From Chiloscyllium plagiosum (lineage: Eukaryota): a stretch of 64,000 nucleotides of DNA. Positions 25,823-39,356 of the stretch are shown here, piece after piece; positions within the stretch are counted from its first letter, which is position 1, and every line of letters starts with the position of its first letter. Where the stretch lies: positions 44,045,809-44,109,808 of the forward strand of contig NC_057718.1 of the NCBI RefSeq assembly GCF_004010195.1. The letters are read 5' to 3'. The notes under the pieces are model-generated. The model made no database searches and was not told where the DNA came from. It saw nothing but the letters and a program-made list of their open reading frames with translations. Position numbers and translations under genes: made by a program.

Positions 25823-26013
25823 GAGACAAAAAAACCTGCAAATGCTGGAATCCAACGTAGACAAGCAGAAGGCTGCAAGAACACAGCAATCCAGGCAACA
25901 TCAGAAGGTGAAGCGGTCAACATTTCGGGTGTAACCCTTCTTCAGGGCAGGTGTAACTGAACATGGGTTGCACCCGAAACGTTGACTTCTCCACCTCCCG
26001 ATGCTACCTGGCT
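25823..26013. mobile_element. Penelope-derived fold-back insert (second family) with two opposed hammerhead-like cores
   Basis: Minus 25916-25948: gcc-CTGAAGA-A-GGGT-tac-ACCC-GAAA-TGTT-gac. Plus 25957-25986: CTGAACA-T-GGGT-tgc-ACCC-GAAAC-GTT-gac. Confidence 0.75.
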
Positions 26014-26769
26014 GAAACTATGAAGCCAACCTGTGACAATTGATGGAGATCCCTTGATCAAAGTCACAATGGAGAGACAGGATATTGGGAGAGGGAAGTG
26101 CTGCTAAATGAGAGGTGATCTCATTGAAACATAGAAAATTGTTAGAGGGCTTAAAATGCTAGATATTGTTTGCATTTTTTAAAGAGTTTAGAACTGGAGG
26201 TCTTTTGAAAGGTGATGTCACACTAATAATATCAATATTAATCCAGAGGCCAGGCTTGCATCCTGGGATGCAGTGTTCAAATCCCCTATGGCAGCTGGTG
26301 GAATTTAACTTCAATTAATTAATTCAATAAAAACTTAGTCATGATAATTTGGTGTAATGGTACCATGGAACTGTCGTCAATTGGTGCTAAATCCAATCTG
26401 GTTCACTGATAGCCTTCAATGAAGATACCTGCCATCTTTACCTGGATGTGATACTAGGCCCACTGTACGGTAGCACATTCTTAAATGCTTCCTGAAATGA
26501 CCTCACAAGCCAACAAGTTATACCAAACCATTACACAGTGTAATTGTAAAAAGGTGAATTGCAGTGGCCCAAAAAGGCTCACCAGCACCTTCTTAAAGAC
26601 AAATAGGGATATGCAACAAAAGCTAGCCTTTTCAGTTATGCCCAAACCCCATGAAAATGTTATGATTGTAACGAGGTCAGCCAGCTGGATCTCATAGAAT
26701 ATGAGTTACCTGATTAGTGCTGTTAATCTGGTCCAATCAGGAAGCCCTGATTGATAAAAAGAGGAGTGC

Positions 26770-27140
26770 CCATAAACAAGTCCAGGCAGCGGGCCGTAGA
26801 AGGGGTCGTTAGGGCTGATTGCCTGCCCCTCTTCCGTGGTTATGTTAGAGCCTGGTTGTCTCTGGAGAAGGAGCACGCGGTGTCTACCAACACCCTGTTC
26901 AGGGAAAGGTGGGCACCGCAGGGAGTGGAGTGTTTTATTTCCCTCTCCAACTCTATTTTGATTTAATCCCTGCCCTCTCCTTCACTGTTTGACCATGCAG
27001 CATTGCCTTTTGATGAGAAGGGCACTGCTTGTCACAGGCCACTCGGGTGTTTCCTTTCTTCTTGGTGGTGGAAAATTGAATAATGATTTGCACACTTTGT
27101 GTTTTTCACTTTGTACCACACCTGCACACACACATTAAAA
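26770..27140 (+). mobile_element. Tx1-like non-LTR retrotransposon 3' end, copy 1
   Basis: INKSRQRAVEGVVRADCLPLFRGYVRAWLSLEKEHAVSTNTL..FRERWAPQG, then a 3'UTR and A-rich end. Confidence 0.75.
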
Positions 27141-27213
27141 AAAACCAGAAGTGTCAAACATCCTGTTCACACTGAAAATAAAGAAAATAAAGAAAAAGCA
27201 AGAAAAGAGGAGA

Positions 27214-27620
27214 GCCAGCCAAACTGGCCATAACCAGGTCCAGGCAGCGGGCCATGGAGGAGGTCATTAGGGATGATTGCCTACCCCTTTTCTGCGGTTA
27301 TGTCAGAGCCCGGGTGTCTCTGGAGAAGGACCATGCTGTGTCTACCAACACCCTCAAGATTTTTAGGGAAAGGTAGGCACCGCAGGGAGTGGAGTGTATT
27401 ATTTCCCCCTCCAACTGTATTTTGATTTAATCCCTGCCCTCCCCTTCACTGTTTGATCACGTAGCATTGCCCTTTGAGAAGGGCACTGCTTGTCACTGGC
27501 CACTTGGGTGTTTCCTTTCTGCCTGGTGGTGGAATATAAATAAAGATTTACACACTTGTTGTCCTTCACTGTGTCCGACATCTGCACACACATGACATGG
27601 GTGCTGGGGAAAAATAAGCA
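27214..27620 (+). mobile_element. Tx1-like non-LTR retrotransposon 3' end, copy 2
   Basis: Homologous to 26770-27140 (AKLAITRSRQRAMEEV...SLEKDHAVSTNTL), with aataaa and an A-rich end. Confidence 0.75.
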
Positions 27621-27829
27621 AACTGGAATGAAGAGTTTTTTTTTCCTTTACTGAGTTGCTCCTAATCTGTTTCCAGTTTATGATGCTTTATCCAGCTTTA
27701 ATGCTATTTTCTGTGCACTGTAAACCAAAAACAAATGAGCAATGGTCTTCCCCTTTGAGTACATTATTGGCATTTCTTATTGTCCAAAGTTCAGCGCAAC
27801 TGAATGTCTTGCTAGGCCACATCCGAGAA

Positions 27830-27917
27830 AAGTGAGGACTGCAGCCAAAATGTCGATTCTCCTGCTCCTCGGATGCTGCCTGACCTGCTGTGATTTTCCA
27901 GCACCACACTCTCGACT
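27830..27917. mobile_element. Very short Penelope-derived insert
   Basis: Same family as 6973-7171. 12-bp TSD cacatc(c/a)gagaa at 27818-27829 and 27918-27929. Confidence 0.8.
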
Positions 27918-28376
27918 CACATCAGAGAACAGTTAAGAGAGATTAGGAGTTTATCTTTTCCGAAAGATATTTGTGAACCAGTTGAGATCTAACCACAATC
28001 TGACTCTTTATGCTCATTTTCACTGATGGCAACTTTTTAGTTCTAAATTGTGATAGTGAATTCTATAGTTTCTAGCTGCCATCTGGATCACTCATGCTGA
28101 TACAGATTCTCTGTAGCACTGCATTACAATGCCACCACCATTAGCCAGACCCAAGCATCACCACTGCACTCCCACCCAGAAACTCATTGCTTATAGTTCC
28201 ATTTAATCTGTTTTGGAATCTCGGGACATTATTTGTGACCTCCTCCTAAAAATGCATTATTTTATGCAAAAAGACCTTTGATGACAACATGTTTTGACTA
28301 AGTAGAATTTAACACATTAATCAATTTGAATATTTATAAACACTAAAGACCAAAGTATTCTGATGGTTGGCTGTTG

Positions 28377-28645
28377 AATCATAGAATCCCTACACTGAAG
28401 AAGCAGGCCATTCAGCACACTGACCCTCCAAAGAGCATCATATCCAGACCCACCCCAAAACCTTGCATTTCCCATGGCTAATCCACCTAATGTGCACTTG
28501 TTTGGACTGTGGGACAAAACCAGAGGACCCAGAGGAAACCCATGCAGGCACAAGGGAGAATGTGTAAACTCCACACAGACATTTGCCTGAGGGTAGAATC
28601 AAATCCAGGTCCCTGGCACTGTAAGGCAGCAGTGCTAACCACTGT
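28377..28645 (-). mobile_element. HE1-type SINE
   Basis: Reverse complement of cagtggttagcactgctgcc...tgtgtggagtttacacattctccc, with a tail at the left end. Confidence 0.9.
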
Positions 28646-29794
28646 TAATTATAGAGTATAATTTCATTTTTCTCTGGGAACTAAAAGCATACCAAAGGAT
28701 TCCAAAATAGAATAAATTCCTTCCATAAAAATAGCTGTGGCAAAAAAAGAAAAGCAGTTTAATGCTACATTAATTGGACAGTTTAGAACAAGTTAAAAAT
28801 TTTAGAAGCTTAGCATATATGCTAGTTAGAATCTCATTGTATGTGAATAATGAGGTGTTAACTGACCCATGTAGATGAACGATTAATAGATCAGCGTTTG
28901 CAAGAATGGGAAAGGGGATCATTAATCTGTTGTTTAAGTGCGCAATTTGTGTATAGACTGCAAAACTATACACTTAAATGAAAATTGCTATTATTATGTA
29001 CACTTGACAGAGCAGATTCCTAGAAAAACAGATGGGAGGAGGTATGTTAGTTTAAAATAAACTTAAATAGGTTACATAATTAAGAGAACCAAGCTACCTA
29101 AATTTAAGTGTCTGCTCTTTATCAAATTATTCTATTTTATAAGAGCTTTTTTCTACCTTTTAACTAAATTTTCTCCCTCTGTGCCTATATAGAGAGAAAA
29201 TTGACCTTTTTGTGAAACTAGTTGGTCAGACATACACAAGAGCTGTCAGACCGAACTCTAACATTTTCCATTGAAAAAACATTTGAAGTCTGGAAAGTCT
29301 ACCATTCCCACATTCATAATGTAAAGACTGGCATGGTCGGACAGTGGAAGAAATACAACCCAAAAACATATCTTTATCAAGGTGCTCCAATGCAATTTAC
29401 TATGCCAGTGCACCTAACAATTATTCATTTTTGTGCAATTAACATAATTAGATTAATAACAATAATAGGCCATCATTTAGGTTGAACATAAACTCCAAAA
29501 TGCTTCCGTAAACTATATTTTTTCATATGCACTGTGGCTAAAGAACAGCTCAGAATATTTAGAGTATGGGTAATAGTAAGGTAGAAATTTTGATAAAATG
29601 AGATAAAAGCAGAAAATGTTGCAAATACACAGGTGCATCAACACCTAAAAAGAGAATTGGTAAATTAAAACCTCAGTTTAAAGATGTCTTATCAGAGAGG
29701 AAAGAGGATGGAAATTAATTGGTTGGACTAAAAACATAAGTCTTATCCAAAAATACATGAAAATGCCAGAGGAAGTACGTAGATTAACTTCACT

Positions 29795-31549
29795 GGGGCT
29801 ATCAAAGACACTATTGAGTGTCCTTGATAAGTATGTACCCGTCAGGCAGGGAGGAAAGGGTCGTGTGAGGGAGCTGTGGTTTAATAAGGAATTGGAATCC
29901 CTTGTTAAATGGAAGAGGGCGGCCTATGTAAAGATGAGGCGTGAAGATTCAATTGGGGCGATTGAGAGTTATAAGGTAGCCAGGAAGGACCTGAAGAGAG
30001 AGCTAAGAGCAGCAAGAAGGGGACATGAGAAGTCCTTAGTTGGTAGGATTAGGGAAAACCCTAAGGCTTTCTACAGGTATGTCAGGAATAAAAGAATGAC
30101 TAGGGTAGGAATAGGTCCAGTCAAGGATAGTAGGGGGAAGTTGCGTGAGGAGGCGGAAGAGATTGGGGAGACACTGAATGAATACTTTTCGTCAGTATTC
30201 AATCAGGAACAGGACATTATTGTCAATGTGAATACTGAGTCACAATTAAGTAGAATGGATGGCTTTGAGGTATGTAGAGAAGAGGTGTTGGAAATTCTGG
30301 AAAGGGTGAAAAAAGATAAGTCCCCTGGGCCTGATGGCATTTATCCTAGGATTCTCTGGGAAGCAAGGGAGGAGATTGCAGAGCCATTGGCCTTGAATTT
30401 TATNNNNNNNNNNNNNNNNNNNNNNNNNNNNNNNNNNNNNNNNNNNNNNNNNNNNNNNNNNNNNNNNNNNNNNNNNNNNNNNNNNNNNNNNNNNNNNNNN
30501 NNNNNNNNNNNNNNNNNNNNNNNNNNNNNNNNNNNNNNNNNNNNNNNNNNNNNNNNNNNNNNNNNNNNNNNNNNNNNNNNNNNNNNNNNNNNNNNNNNNN
30601 NNNNNNNNNNNNNNNNNNNNNNNNNNNNNNNNNNNNNNNNNNNNNNNNNNNNNNNNNNNNNNNNNNNNNNNNNNNNNNNNNNNNNNNNNNNNNNNNNNNN
30701 NNNNNNNNNNNNNNNNNNNNNNNNNNNNNNNNNNNNNNNNNNNNNNNNNNNNNNNNNNNNNNNNNNNNNNNNNNNNNNNNNNNNNNNNNNNNNNNNNNNN
30801 NNNNNNNNNNNNNNNNNNNNNNNNNNNNNNNNNNNNNNNNNNNNNNNNNNNNNNNNNNNNNNNNNNNNNNNNNNNNNNNNNNNNNNNNNNNNNNNNNNNN
30901 NNNNNNNNNNNNNNNNNNNNNNNNNNNNNNNNNNNNNNNNNNNNNNNNNNNNNNNNNNNNNNNNNNNNNNNNNNNNNNNNNNNNNNNNNNNNNNNNNNNN
31001 NNNNNNNNNNNNNNNNNNNNNNNNNNNNNNNNNNNNNNNNNNNNNNNNNNNNNNNNNNNNNNNNNNNNNNNNNNNNNNNNNNNNNNNNNNNNNNNNNNNN
31101 NNNNNNNNNNNNNNNNNNNNNNNNNNNNNNNNNTATGAGGACAGGCTGAGGCACTTGGGGTTGTTTTCATTGGAGAAAGGAAGGTTTAGGGGTGACTTGA
31201 TAGAGGTGTATAAGATGATTAGGGGTTTAGATAGGGTCGACAGTGAGAATCTTTTTCCACGTATGGAGTCAGCTATTGCAAGGGGGCATAGCTTTAAATT
31301 AAGGGGGGGGTAGGTATAGGACAGATGTTAGGGGTAGGTTCTTTACTCAGCGAGTCGTGAGTTCATGGAATGCCCTGCCAGTAGCAGTGGTGGACTCTCC
31401 CTCATTCTGGGCATTTAAGCAGGCATTGGATAGGCATATGGAGGATAGTGGGCTAGTGTAGGTTAGGTGGGCTTGGATCGACGCAACATCGAGGGCCGAA
31501 TGGCCTGTACTGCGCTGTATTCTTCTATGTTCTATGTTCTATGTTCTAT
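29795..31549 (+). mobile_element. Young 5'-truncated CR1 LINE (ORF2) spanning an assembly gap
   Basis: Open frame ...ENPKAFYRYV...LNEYFSSVF...KSPGPDGIYPRIL, then the N gap, then YEDRLRHLGLFSLEKGRFRGDLIEVYK, a 3'UTR and a (TTCTATG)n tail. Confidence 0.95.
30404..31133. other. Assembly gap
   Basis: Run of N. Confidence 1.
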
Positions 31550-32089
31550 GATATGGCATCTGCTACTTCTCACTTTTTTTCTCTTTATTAACACTGCATC
31601 ACAGACTAACAAACACATTGATTGATTATTTATCCCAGTATTTGATATGTTTGAGCTGCTGACGTCATTTGTGGTTTCACCTTCCCTCCTTATTTTGGAT
31701 AATCATGGATAATCCAGCAGAAAAGGTGTTAGCATGGCCCATTAGGGATATAACAATGCTCATTCATCAGCTGAACTTTCATCCACTATACTGTCACAAA
31801 CAGAAGGTAGAAAATGCAGGAAGGTTGAGGAGAGATGTGTGCCATCACATCCCACACTGGATTTCATTTGTACTCAAGATCCAACCAGAAAGGCCAGCAG
31901 CTGCACTTTCACCAGTCCATCACATGTAAGTGATGGCCATGAGCCTAAACTAAATGTCTCACTTCCCACTGTTGGCCTTGCCAACTTCAATGAACACCAG
32001 GAGAAAAGTGGGTTGCAGAACCTGAGGTGGCAATTTGAAGCTCCCAATTTTGCCTTCAATAAGATTCCCCCCAATTACTTCACATAGTT

Positions 32090-32520
32090 GAGAATCATAA
32101 TTTGACAATACAGGAAGACATTCAGTCCATCATGCCTGTCCCAACTCCTTGAAAGATCTGCCCAGTTGAACCTGCTCTCCTGTCCTTTCCCAGTGTCCTA
32201 AAAAAAATTGTCTTTCAAAGATATATCAATTTCCCTTTTGAAAGTTATTATGGAATCTGCTCCATGTAAGGCAGAATGTTCCAGTTAATATCTTCCATGT
32301 TAAAACAAAAATCACTTCATTTTTTTTCTGTTTTTTCTGTCCATGACTTTAAATTTATTGTCTCCTGTCAGTTCAAACAAAGAAAAGAATGCAAACTATC
32401 AAAATCCCTCATAATTCTGAACTTGTCTATTTACTCTTCCCTTAATATCCTCAATTCTAAGGAAAACAACTCCAGTTTCTCCAACCTCAGCGTACAGTCA
32501 AGCCCCTCATCCTTGTTAAG
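32090..32520 (-). mobile_element. Ancient CR1-like 3' fragment
   Basis: Degenerate similarity to the other CR1 3' ends (aaaatccctcataattctgaac...aaggaaaacaactccag). Confidence 0.55.
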
Positions 32521-33031
32521 GTAATGGTTATGACATGGATTGCTGCATTTGTGAAAAATATACTGCACTCTTTGCAGCTCTGCATTTCACTTTAAATGGG
32601 GCCCCTGTTTTTCTGGCACTGTTATATATCCCATTCTAGCACTGATGATTCTGTCAGAGATAATACTGAGAGCCCGCACTGTATAAGTAATACAATGTGA
32701 GATGAAAGCTCAACAAGGGTCATGAAAGGATCAATGTACCAGAGGTGATGGGATTAGGAAAATCCAGTATCTTTATAATCGTCCCTTTATGATACTCCCA
32801 TACCCATTTCTGTTAATTTTAACAAATAATTGTCCATTTCTTTTAGATAGCACCATAGTCAATGCCTTAATAGTTGCTTGTCGTCAAATATTTTATGATC
32901 GCATATGGAAAAAGAATTCTGGCTGCCCGCTTTCATTTTCAATTATTTATCCAAATTTGATATCTTCCTGTTGCCAATTTGACAACTAATGAAACCAAAT
33001 TTTCTTTTCATGTCCTCATAAAGCCTTGAAT

Positions 33032-33371
33032 AGGGCAGCATTATGGTTCAGTGGTTAGCACTGCTACCTCACAGCCCGGGGACCAGGTTCAATTCCAGCC
33101 TCAAGTGTGGAGCTTGCATTTTCTCCCCATGTCTGTGTGTGTTTCCTCCAGGTGTTCCGGTTTCCTCCCACAATCCAAAGATGGGCAGGTCAGGTGAATT
33201 GGCCATGATGAATTGCCCATAGTGTTCAGGGATGTGTGAGTTAGGGGCATTAGTTACGAGTGAATGTAGAGTAATAGGGTTGGGGAATGGGTCTGGGTGG
33301 GTTACTCTTCGGAGGGTCAGTGTGGATTTGTTGGGCCAAAATGGCCTGTTTTCATACTGTAGGGATTCTAT
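33032..33371 (+). mobile_element. HE1-type SINE
   Basis: A box tggttcagtgg, B box ggttcaattcc and a conserved body. Confidence 0.92.
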
Positions 33372-34509
33372 AAATAACTTAGGAAACATTTGTTAGGTCC
33401 TTTAGATTCTCATTCCAATAAGGAAAGACTAAATTTGTCAAATATTTCTTCATGACAATAGATAGACTGAGTTTTCCCAGCTGCTGAGAGTTGTGGGCTA
33501 TGATGAGTCCATTGGAAATATATGGTGAAATTATAAAAAAAAGATCCTTGATGTCAACGAAAGAAGTCCAATTTTCCACCCAAGATTTGAACAGTGAGGT
33601 GAGAATTTCACTAGATAGCATTTGCATCTTAATGATACTTTATCTCATCTCATATATACGTAGTTTATTACTTTCTCATGCAGTGGACAGAAATTAGATG
33701 GTGAAAATGGTGAACAGCAAAGTCAGAGCATATACCTGGAAGATCAGGTCTGCCACATGCTCCTCTGAACCCTCATCTTATGCTGCAGTCACCAATATCT
33801 CAAGGCATGCTTAATGGGCCACGATAGCCTGCAGACCCAGTTGACAGATGTCAGCATTGGGCGTTCACAAGCATCACCCACATTTTCATATTTCTAACTA
33901 ACCTAAAAATGGCCTTCCAGTTAAGGCTGTACTGTGGACACTATGGATTGTAATGTTTAATACTGCTGCCAGGCTATTTTGACCACAGGGGCAAACATCC
34001 ATCTCATGCATTGGAGTTGTGTGCTTTTCAAAGCCTTTCGCTTGCTCATTTTAGCTCTCAGTCATTTCTGGGCTACTGGATGTTCACATCATCCCTGTCT
34101 TGCCTTGCCCTTTTGTGCTTTGCTGCTTCATTCAGAACTCAGAACTTTCAGAATAGCGACACTGTTAACTATTGTAAAAATTGATCTGGTCCACTCAGAA
34201 GGAAATCTGCCAGCCTTTCCTGGCCTTGCCTATATTGGACTCCAGACCCACAGAAATACAGTTGATTCTAAAACATGTTTTGAAATGGCCTAGCAAGCCA
34301 TGCAGCTCAAGGGCAATATAAGAAAAAGCAATAACTGCTGGCTAAAGAAAGTCTGTCAACAGTCAGGGGCATTCCCAGAGTTAATTAACAGCAGTAGTGA
34401 GACCAGCTTGGACTTGACCAGTTAGCATGTTCAGTATCAGAGATTTATATCACTGTGCTCCAAGGAAAACTCAACTGTTAGTCCAACAGATCCTGTCTAC
34501 TCAGTCTAG

Positions 34510-34845
34510 GGCTAGCATTAAGGCAGAAGTGGCCAGGTGCCAACTCAAAGACACCTTCTCCTACCACCCCCTTGACCATGACCTCACCCCAACCCCCCCA
34601 CCCCCATCACCAAACCATCATACCCCAGGCCATACACAACCTCATCACCTCAGGGGACCTCCCATCCACAGCTTCCAACTTCATAGTTCAGGAACACTAC
34701 ACCACCCAATTCTACCTCCTACCTAAGATCCACAAGCCTGACTACCACGGCCGACTCATTGTCTCAGCCTGCTCCTGCCCCACCGAATTCATCTCCACCT
34801 ACCTCGATACTGTCCTATCCCCCCTGGTCCAGGAACTCCCCATGT
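34510..34845 (+). mobile_element. Penelope-like reverse transcriptase N-terminal fragment
   Basis: HQTII.QAIHNLITSGDLPSTAS...FYLLPKIHKPDYHGRLIVSACSCPTEFISTYLDTVLSPLV, the YxLPKIHK..GRPIVS motif of Penelope RTs. Confidence 0.9.
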
Positions 34846-37800
34846 GTTCCAAGAGCTGCCTGCTTTACATGGATTGGGCCTGGAAGACAACTCCTTGGCA
34901 ACTCCTGACCTTCTTATAAACCATTGACTGAAGCTGTTTGTAGATATAATGTAGCTCATTTTTCTACCAGAGCCACGGCACAGCAGATTATAGGTGTATA
35001 TATTATAGATGGGTCCTCAAGGGCTGCAAAGTCAGAGTCTTGGTTTGGGGGGCTGCAATTGAGATAAGTATATGGTCAATTTAATTGTTACACAGGAGTT
35101 ATACTATCTTTTAAAAGTCTAAATTTTCCTGCGTAATTATTTTACTTAATTTCACCATAACCATCCAAAGTCTTTGATTTTAATGGAAACTTTTGAAGGG
35201 TTACAAACATTGTGGAATTATCCAGCGGTAAATTCAGTTTCCTGGGTAATTCCTTCAGCGAATACTACGGTGGGGATTGTGCAGTGTTCCCATATGTAAA
35301 TTCATCCATATCTGCATGACAACCACCTGACAAGGGGAAAATCTACCACATTTCTTAATGAATTCTTAGTATAATGAATGTGCTCTGAACATTTCAAATC
35401 ATATTATAAACTAATCATTACATTTCCTTAAAAGAGTAGAATTTTATATCTCTTAATATGTTTTTTTATTGGCGTTTAAGTTGTTTACACATGAGACGGG
35501 TGGAGGAAATCAAGTTTACTGAAAAAATATCTTGGTTCTGATTAATTTTGTTCATATTTGCAACAGTGAAGGTGCTAAAATGTTTTAACACCAAATAATA
35601 AACTGCAAATGCAGTGTAGCAAACTTGTTTTAGAAGTGTTAATTTATATAACAGAATTGTTTTGAGATTGTAGAGTGCTGGACCAATGCAGCATCAGCTT
35701 TGTCATCTTTTACAGCAATCATTAATTGCGTAATGGGTGGAAAGACTACAAAAGCTTAAGTAGCACTTATCTATCATGCATGAGCAGTCTGATTACACAC
35801 AGCAAGCTTTTAGGGAGATCTGGGGACCAACATGCATATGTTTAAAAGAGACTCATTGTCTTTGGGTAGATATCTTTACCTCCTACTCCACCAAGCAGAT
35901 AAACATTTCATGAAGTCAGATCCTGGCAGCTCCAGCACCTAGTGACCTAAGCATTTTCCACTGTCCACCGGTTCAGTTCCCACTAGATAGACAATGTTAA
36001 CATTTCCCTGCATAAATGAAGTCAGTGAGGATGAGCCAACACTTTCTAGAGTCATTATGATATCAACAATATTCAAATGCACTAATCAAGTGACTTTACC
36101 CTCTGCCCAATTTCTTAAGTATGAGATAATAGGAATTATTTCCTCAGCCAAGTGAACCAAGACAATCTACTGAACATATAATCTATATGAATTCATTCAT
36201 TTCCTAAAGCACTCTAAAGTAAATTGCATTGAGGTGGCTGTTACATTAAATATATCAGTCCGAACAAAATGGGTTTTGCAGTTGAATCTAATGAAATGGA
36301 TTTAGGGACACACTTGTAATACTGGACCTATGCATTATTTTATAAGAAAAATGACTTAAACTAGTTAGCTTTATTAACCGTTTTTTCAATAAGTTGCCTT
36401 CACAACATAATCCAGGATTTTTCTGTGATAGATTTAAAATACCTTCCATAATTATTCAAGTTATCCACTCCTCTTTCTTCTAGTATTTCAGGTTTGTGAG
36501 AACTGGCTTTAATTCTCATTAACGTCATAAACAATCAAAACAATATTGTAAATATATATATTTAAATTATCATATTTTATGAGCATGAGTACTTGATAAT
36601 TAAAACTTTACCTTAATATAAGCACATTTTCTTAGGACAATGCAAGACTTCCTTATTCATCAAAAGTTACTTCTAAATTATCAATTTTTCTTCAATATTA
36701 CAAATATTATTTTCTAAAACCTTCTTGAAATTGATTTTAAAAATCTTAAAATTATGTTTTATCAGGGAATTATCAATTATCTTAAATCATCTTGACAACT
36801 GATATTATGACACCTGGAACTACCTGGTGCAGAATTCAGACATCATTTGTAGGTCACTACTAATTACTGAATATAATAAATTCTTGTCCTTGATACTCTC
36901 CTGAAAATGTTAAATAAGTAACTCAATTTTGCCTTCTCATGTACTTAACAGCCTTTATGGGACCAACTAATGAAGACACTATAAATATTCCCCAACATAA
37001 TATTGGTCCAGAAATTCTGATGGCCAGATAATCAGTTCTTCAAGGTGGATTGGAGTTGCCCAGCAGAACCATGCAGAAATTGTCTCAGGCAATTGCATGG
37101 CACCTGGAACTCTCAAAAAAAATGTCTTTGAGTCAGGGAGATTACAAATTGGTTCCTGACCTACTTAAGTTCAATAGTATTCAGGAGAAGTTAATAGGAA
37201 TAAAAACCTACTGGAAAACAATAAGCTGAAACCTCAAATTGTTACTGATCCCTCAACAACTGCAACATCTGACCCAGACACCCCTGAACACAAGAAACTC
37301 AATTCCCTGACCTAACCATACCTTCCTGACCAAGTCCCACCAGACTTGACACTCACCTCTCAATCTATCTTGAGCTCTCATCCCCTATCTGACACCTGCA
37401 TGCTCAGTGACCAGGCACCCTAGCCCCTGTCACCTACCTGACAATGATAACCATCTAATCCATTTACAAACTTAACCCCTCACCCACACAGCTCCTTATC
37501 CAACTCCTCATCCAATAGTAGCCTAAACCCACCCTTGCCTTACCTTCTCCCAGCTGCTGTCATTTAAACTACACAATGCAGCACTTTTACTGCTGAAAGG
37601 GTGGGAGAAAGGGAAATGGTTTCCACGCTGATCCACTCAGTGTCTGGGTATAATGTTTCCTGGATTGCTCTCCCTGCTCTTTCATAACAGGATGCTCTTG
37701 TCCAAAACATTCCAAGGCAGAACTGATTGAAAGAGAGGTGTGTAGGATTTTTGGTAATGATTTTGAATTTCTGGGCTAATATTGGCCAGTACTATCTTGC

Positions 37801-37969
37801 CTGGGCCAATCTACTATGGGGGTTGCAATAGATGTCGAGGATGATGATTGAACAAAACCTTTCCTATAAATTTGCGCAAAATGTTCCAACGAATAAAAAA
37901 AAATTAAATAGGGACCAGATTACTATGTCTGGAAGAAACTCAGTACCTTGAGCACATTTCCTTGTTTAA

Positions 37970-38362
37970 GCATAGAACATAGAACTTTACAGCACAGTAC
38001 AGGTCCTTCGGCCCTCGATGTTGCACTGATCTGCAAAATTAATCTGATGCCCATCTAACCTACACTGTTCCGTTATTGTCCACATGCCTATCCAATGGCC
38101 ATTGAAATGCCCTTAACGTCAGCAAGTCTACTACTCTTACAGGCAGGCCGTTCTATGCCCCTACTACTCTCTGAGTAAAGAAACTACCCCTAATATCTGT
38201 CCTAAATCTATCACCCCTCAAGTTAAAGCTATGTCCCTTCATGGTAATCTTCACCATCCAAGGAAAAAGGCTCACACTGTCCACCCTATCTAACCCTCTG
38301 ATTATCTTAAATGTCTCGATTAAGTCACCTCTCAACCTTCTTCTCTCCAATGAAAACAGTCT
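37970..38362 (-). mobile_element. CR1 LINE 3' fragment
   Basis: ERRRLRGDLIETFKIIRGLDRVD...FFTQRVVGA, with a catagaa-repeat tail. Confidence 0.92.
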
Positions 38363-38924
38363 TCATTCCAGTTTTCATCCAAGTCCTATTCTAATTAATT
38401 GCACCTGAATGTCAATTGGCTAATTCCCAGCTATGATGGACAAGTCGGTGGTGCACACTCATTTTCCAAGTTCACATTTGGGGAGGTGCTACCACAATGA
38501 AACTGTCCCCCAGTGTGATCAAAATCTTCCAAAGAGATGGGAAGTAGACGTGGGGAAAATATACTTTAAAAATATTTAGGTTATTTTTCATCTACACTGA
38601 AGTTCTGAAAACAGTTCAGAAATGATGATGGCAATTTACTTTGTCATTTATAATCACCACGAACGTGAGTTCCAAGTTATCACACCAATGTATGCACAAA
38701 ACAATGCTGACCAGTGAGGTAACTCACAAGATATTTCAAATCAGTAAGGGCTGCATAGACTAATGGAGAAATTATAACACAGAAAGTGTGTTCGGCATAT
38801 CAAGTTAAACTTGAGGTATCCTTTGTACTCTTCCCATATGCCTGCTGGGTTTCCACATCCCCTATCTCCCCTTCCCACCAATGGTCTAACTAACCTATCC
38901 TAAAATGTTGTTAAGGGCCAGGAC

Positions 38925-39356
38925 TGTGTCATCATTCTACGAATGGAGTGTTAACTGAGTCAGCTCCATAGAGTAGGCCCGACAAATTCAAGTTCTTATC
39001 CCGGCTCTTATAAGTGGCCACCTTCCCCATAATTGCAACCACCAGTGACTGACGGTCCACCCTCTGAGAACTACCAAACAATTAGTCGTTCCACAAGGTC
39101 CCACACTTGTGAACTGCCAAAGGGATAGGAAACACATCTTGCCCTGATTTAATCCATGAGCTGTGACTAAATTGTGGTGGGTTTATGGAAAACTGGTATA
39201 ATTGGGCCATTAATGAGCCTAACTGACACCACACCATTGGAGACTAGGTACCCACTGTCAGCTCCTTCTGCACTCTAACTTAATCAGGAGTAGCTATATC
39301 ACTGACATAGGGCCTCTCCTATGATTAATTGACCACGCCGCCAATTATCCCCCACA
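38925..39356. mobile_element. Possible solo LTR
   Basis: About 430 bp, compositionally distinct, bounded by TG...CA. No TSD was found. Confidence 0.3.

Noticed and set aside
30246..31170. Long ORFs of 256-518 aa in the ORF track
   Set aside because: Artefacts of reading through the N gap; only the flanks are real CR1 ORF2.
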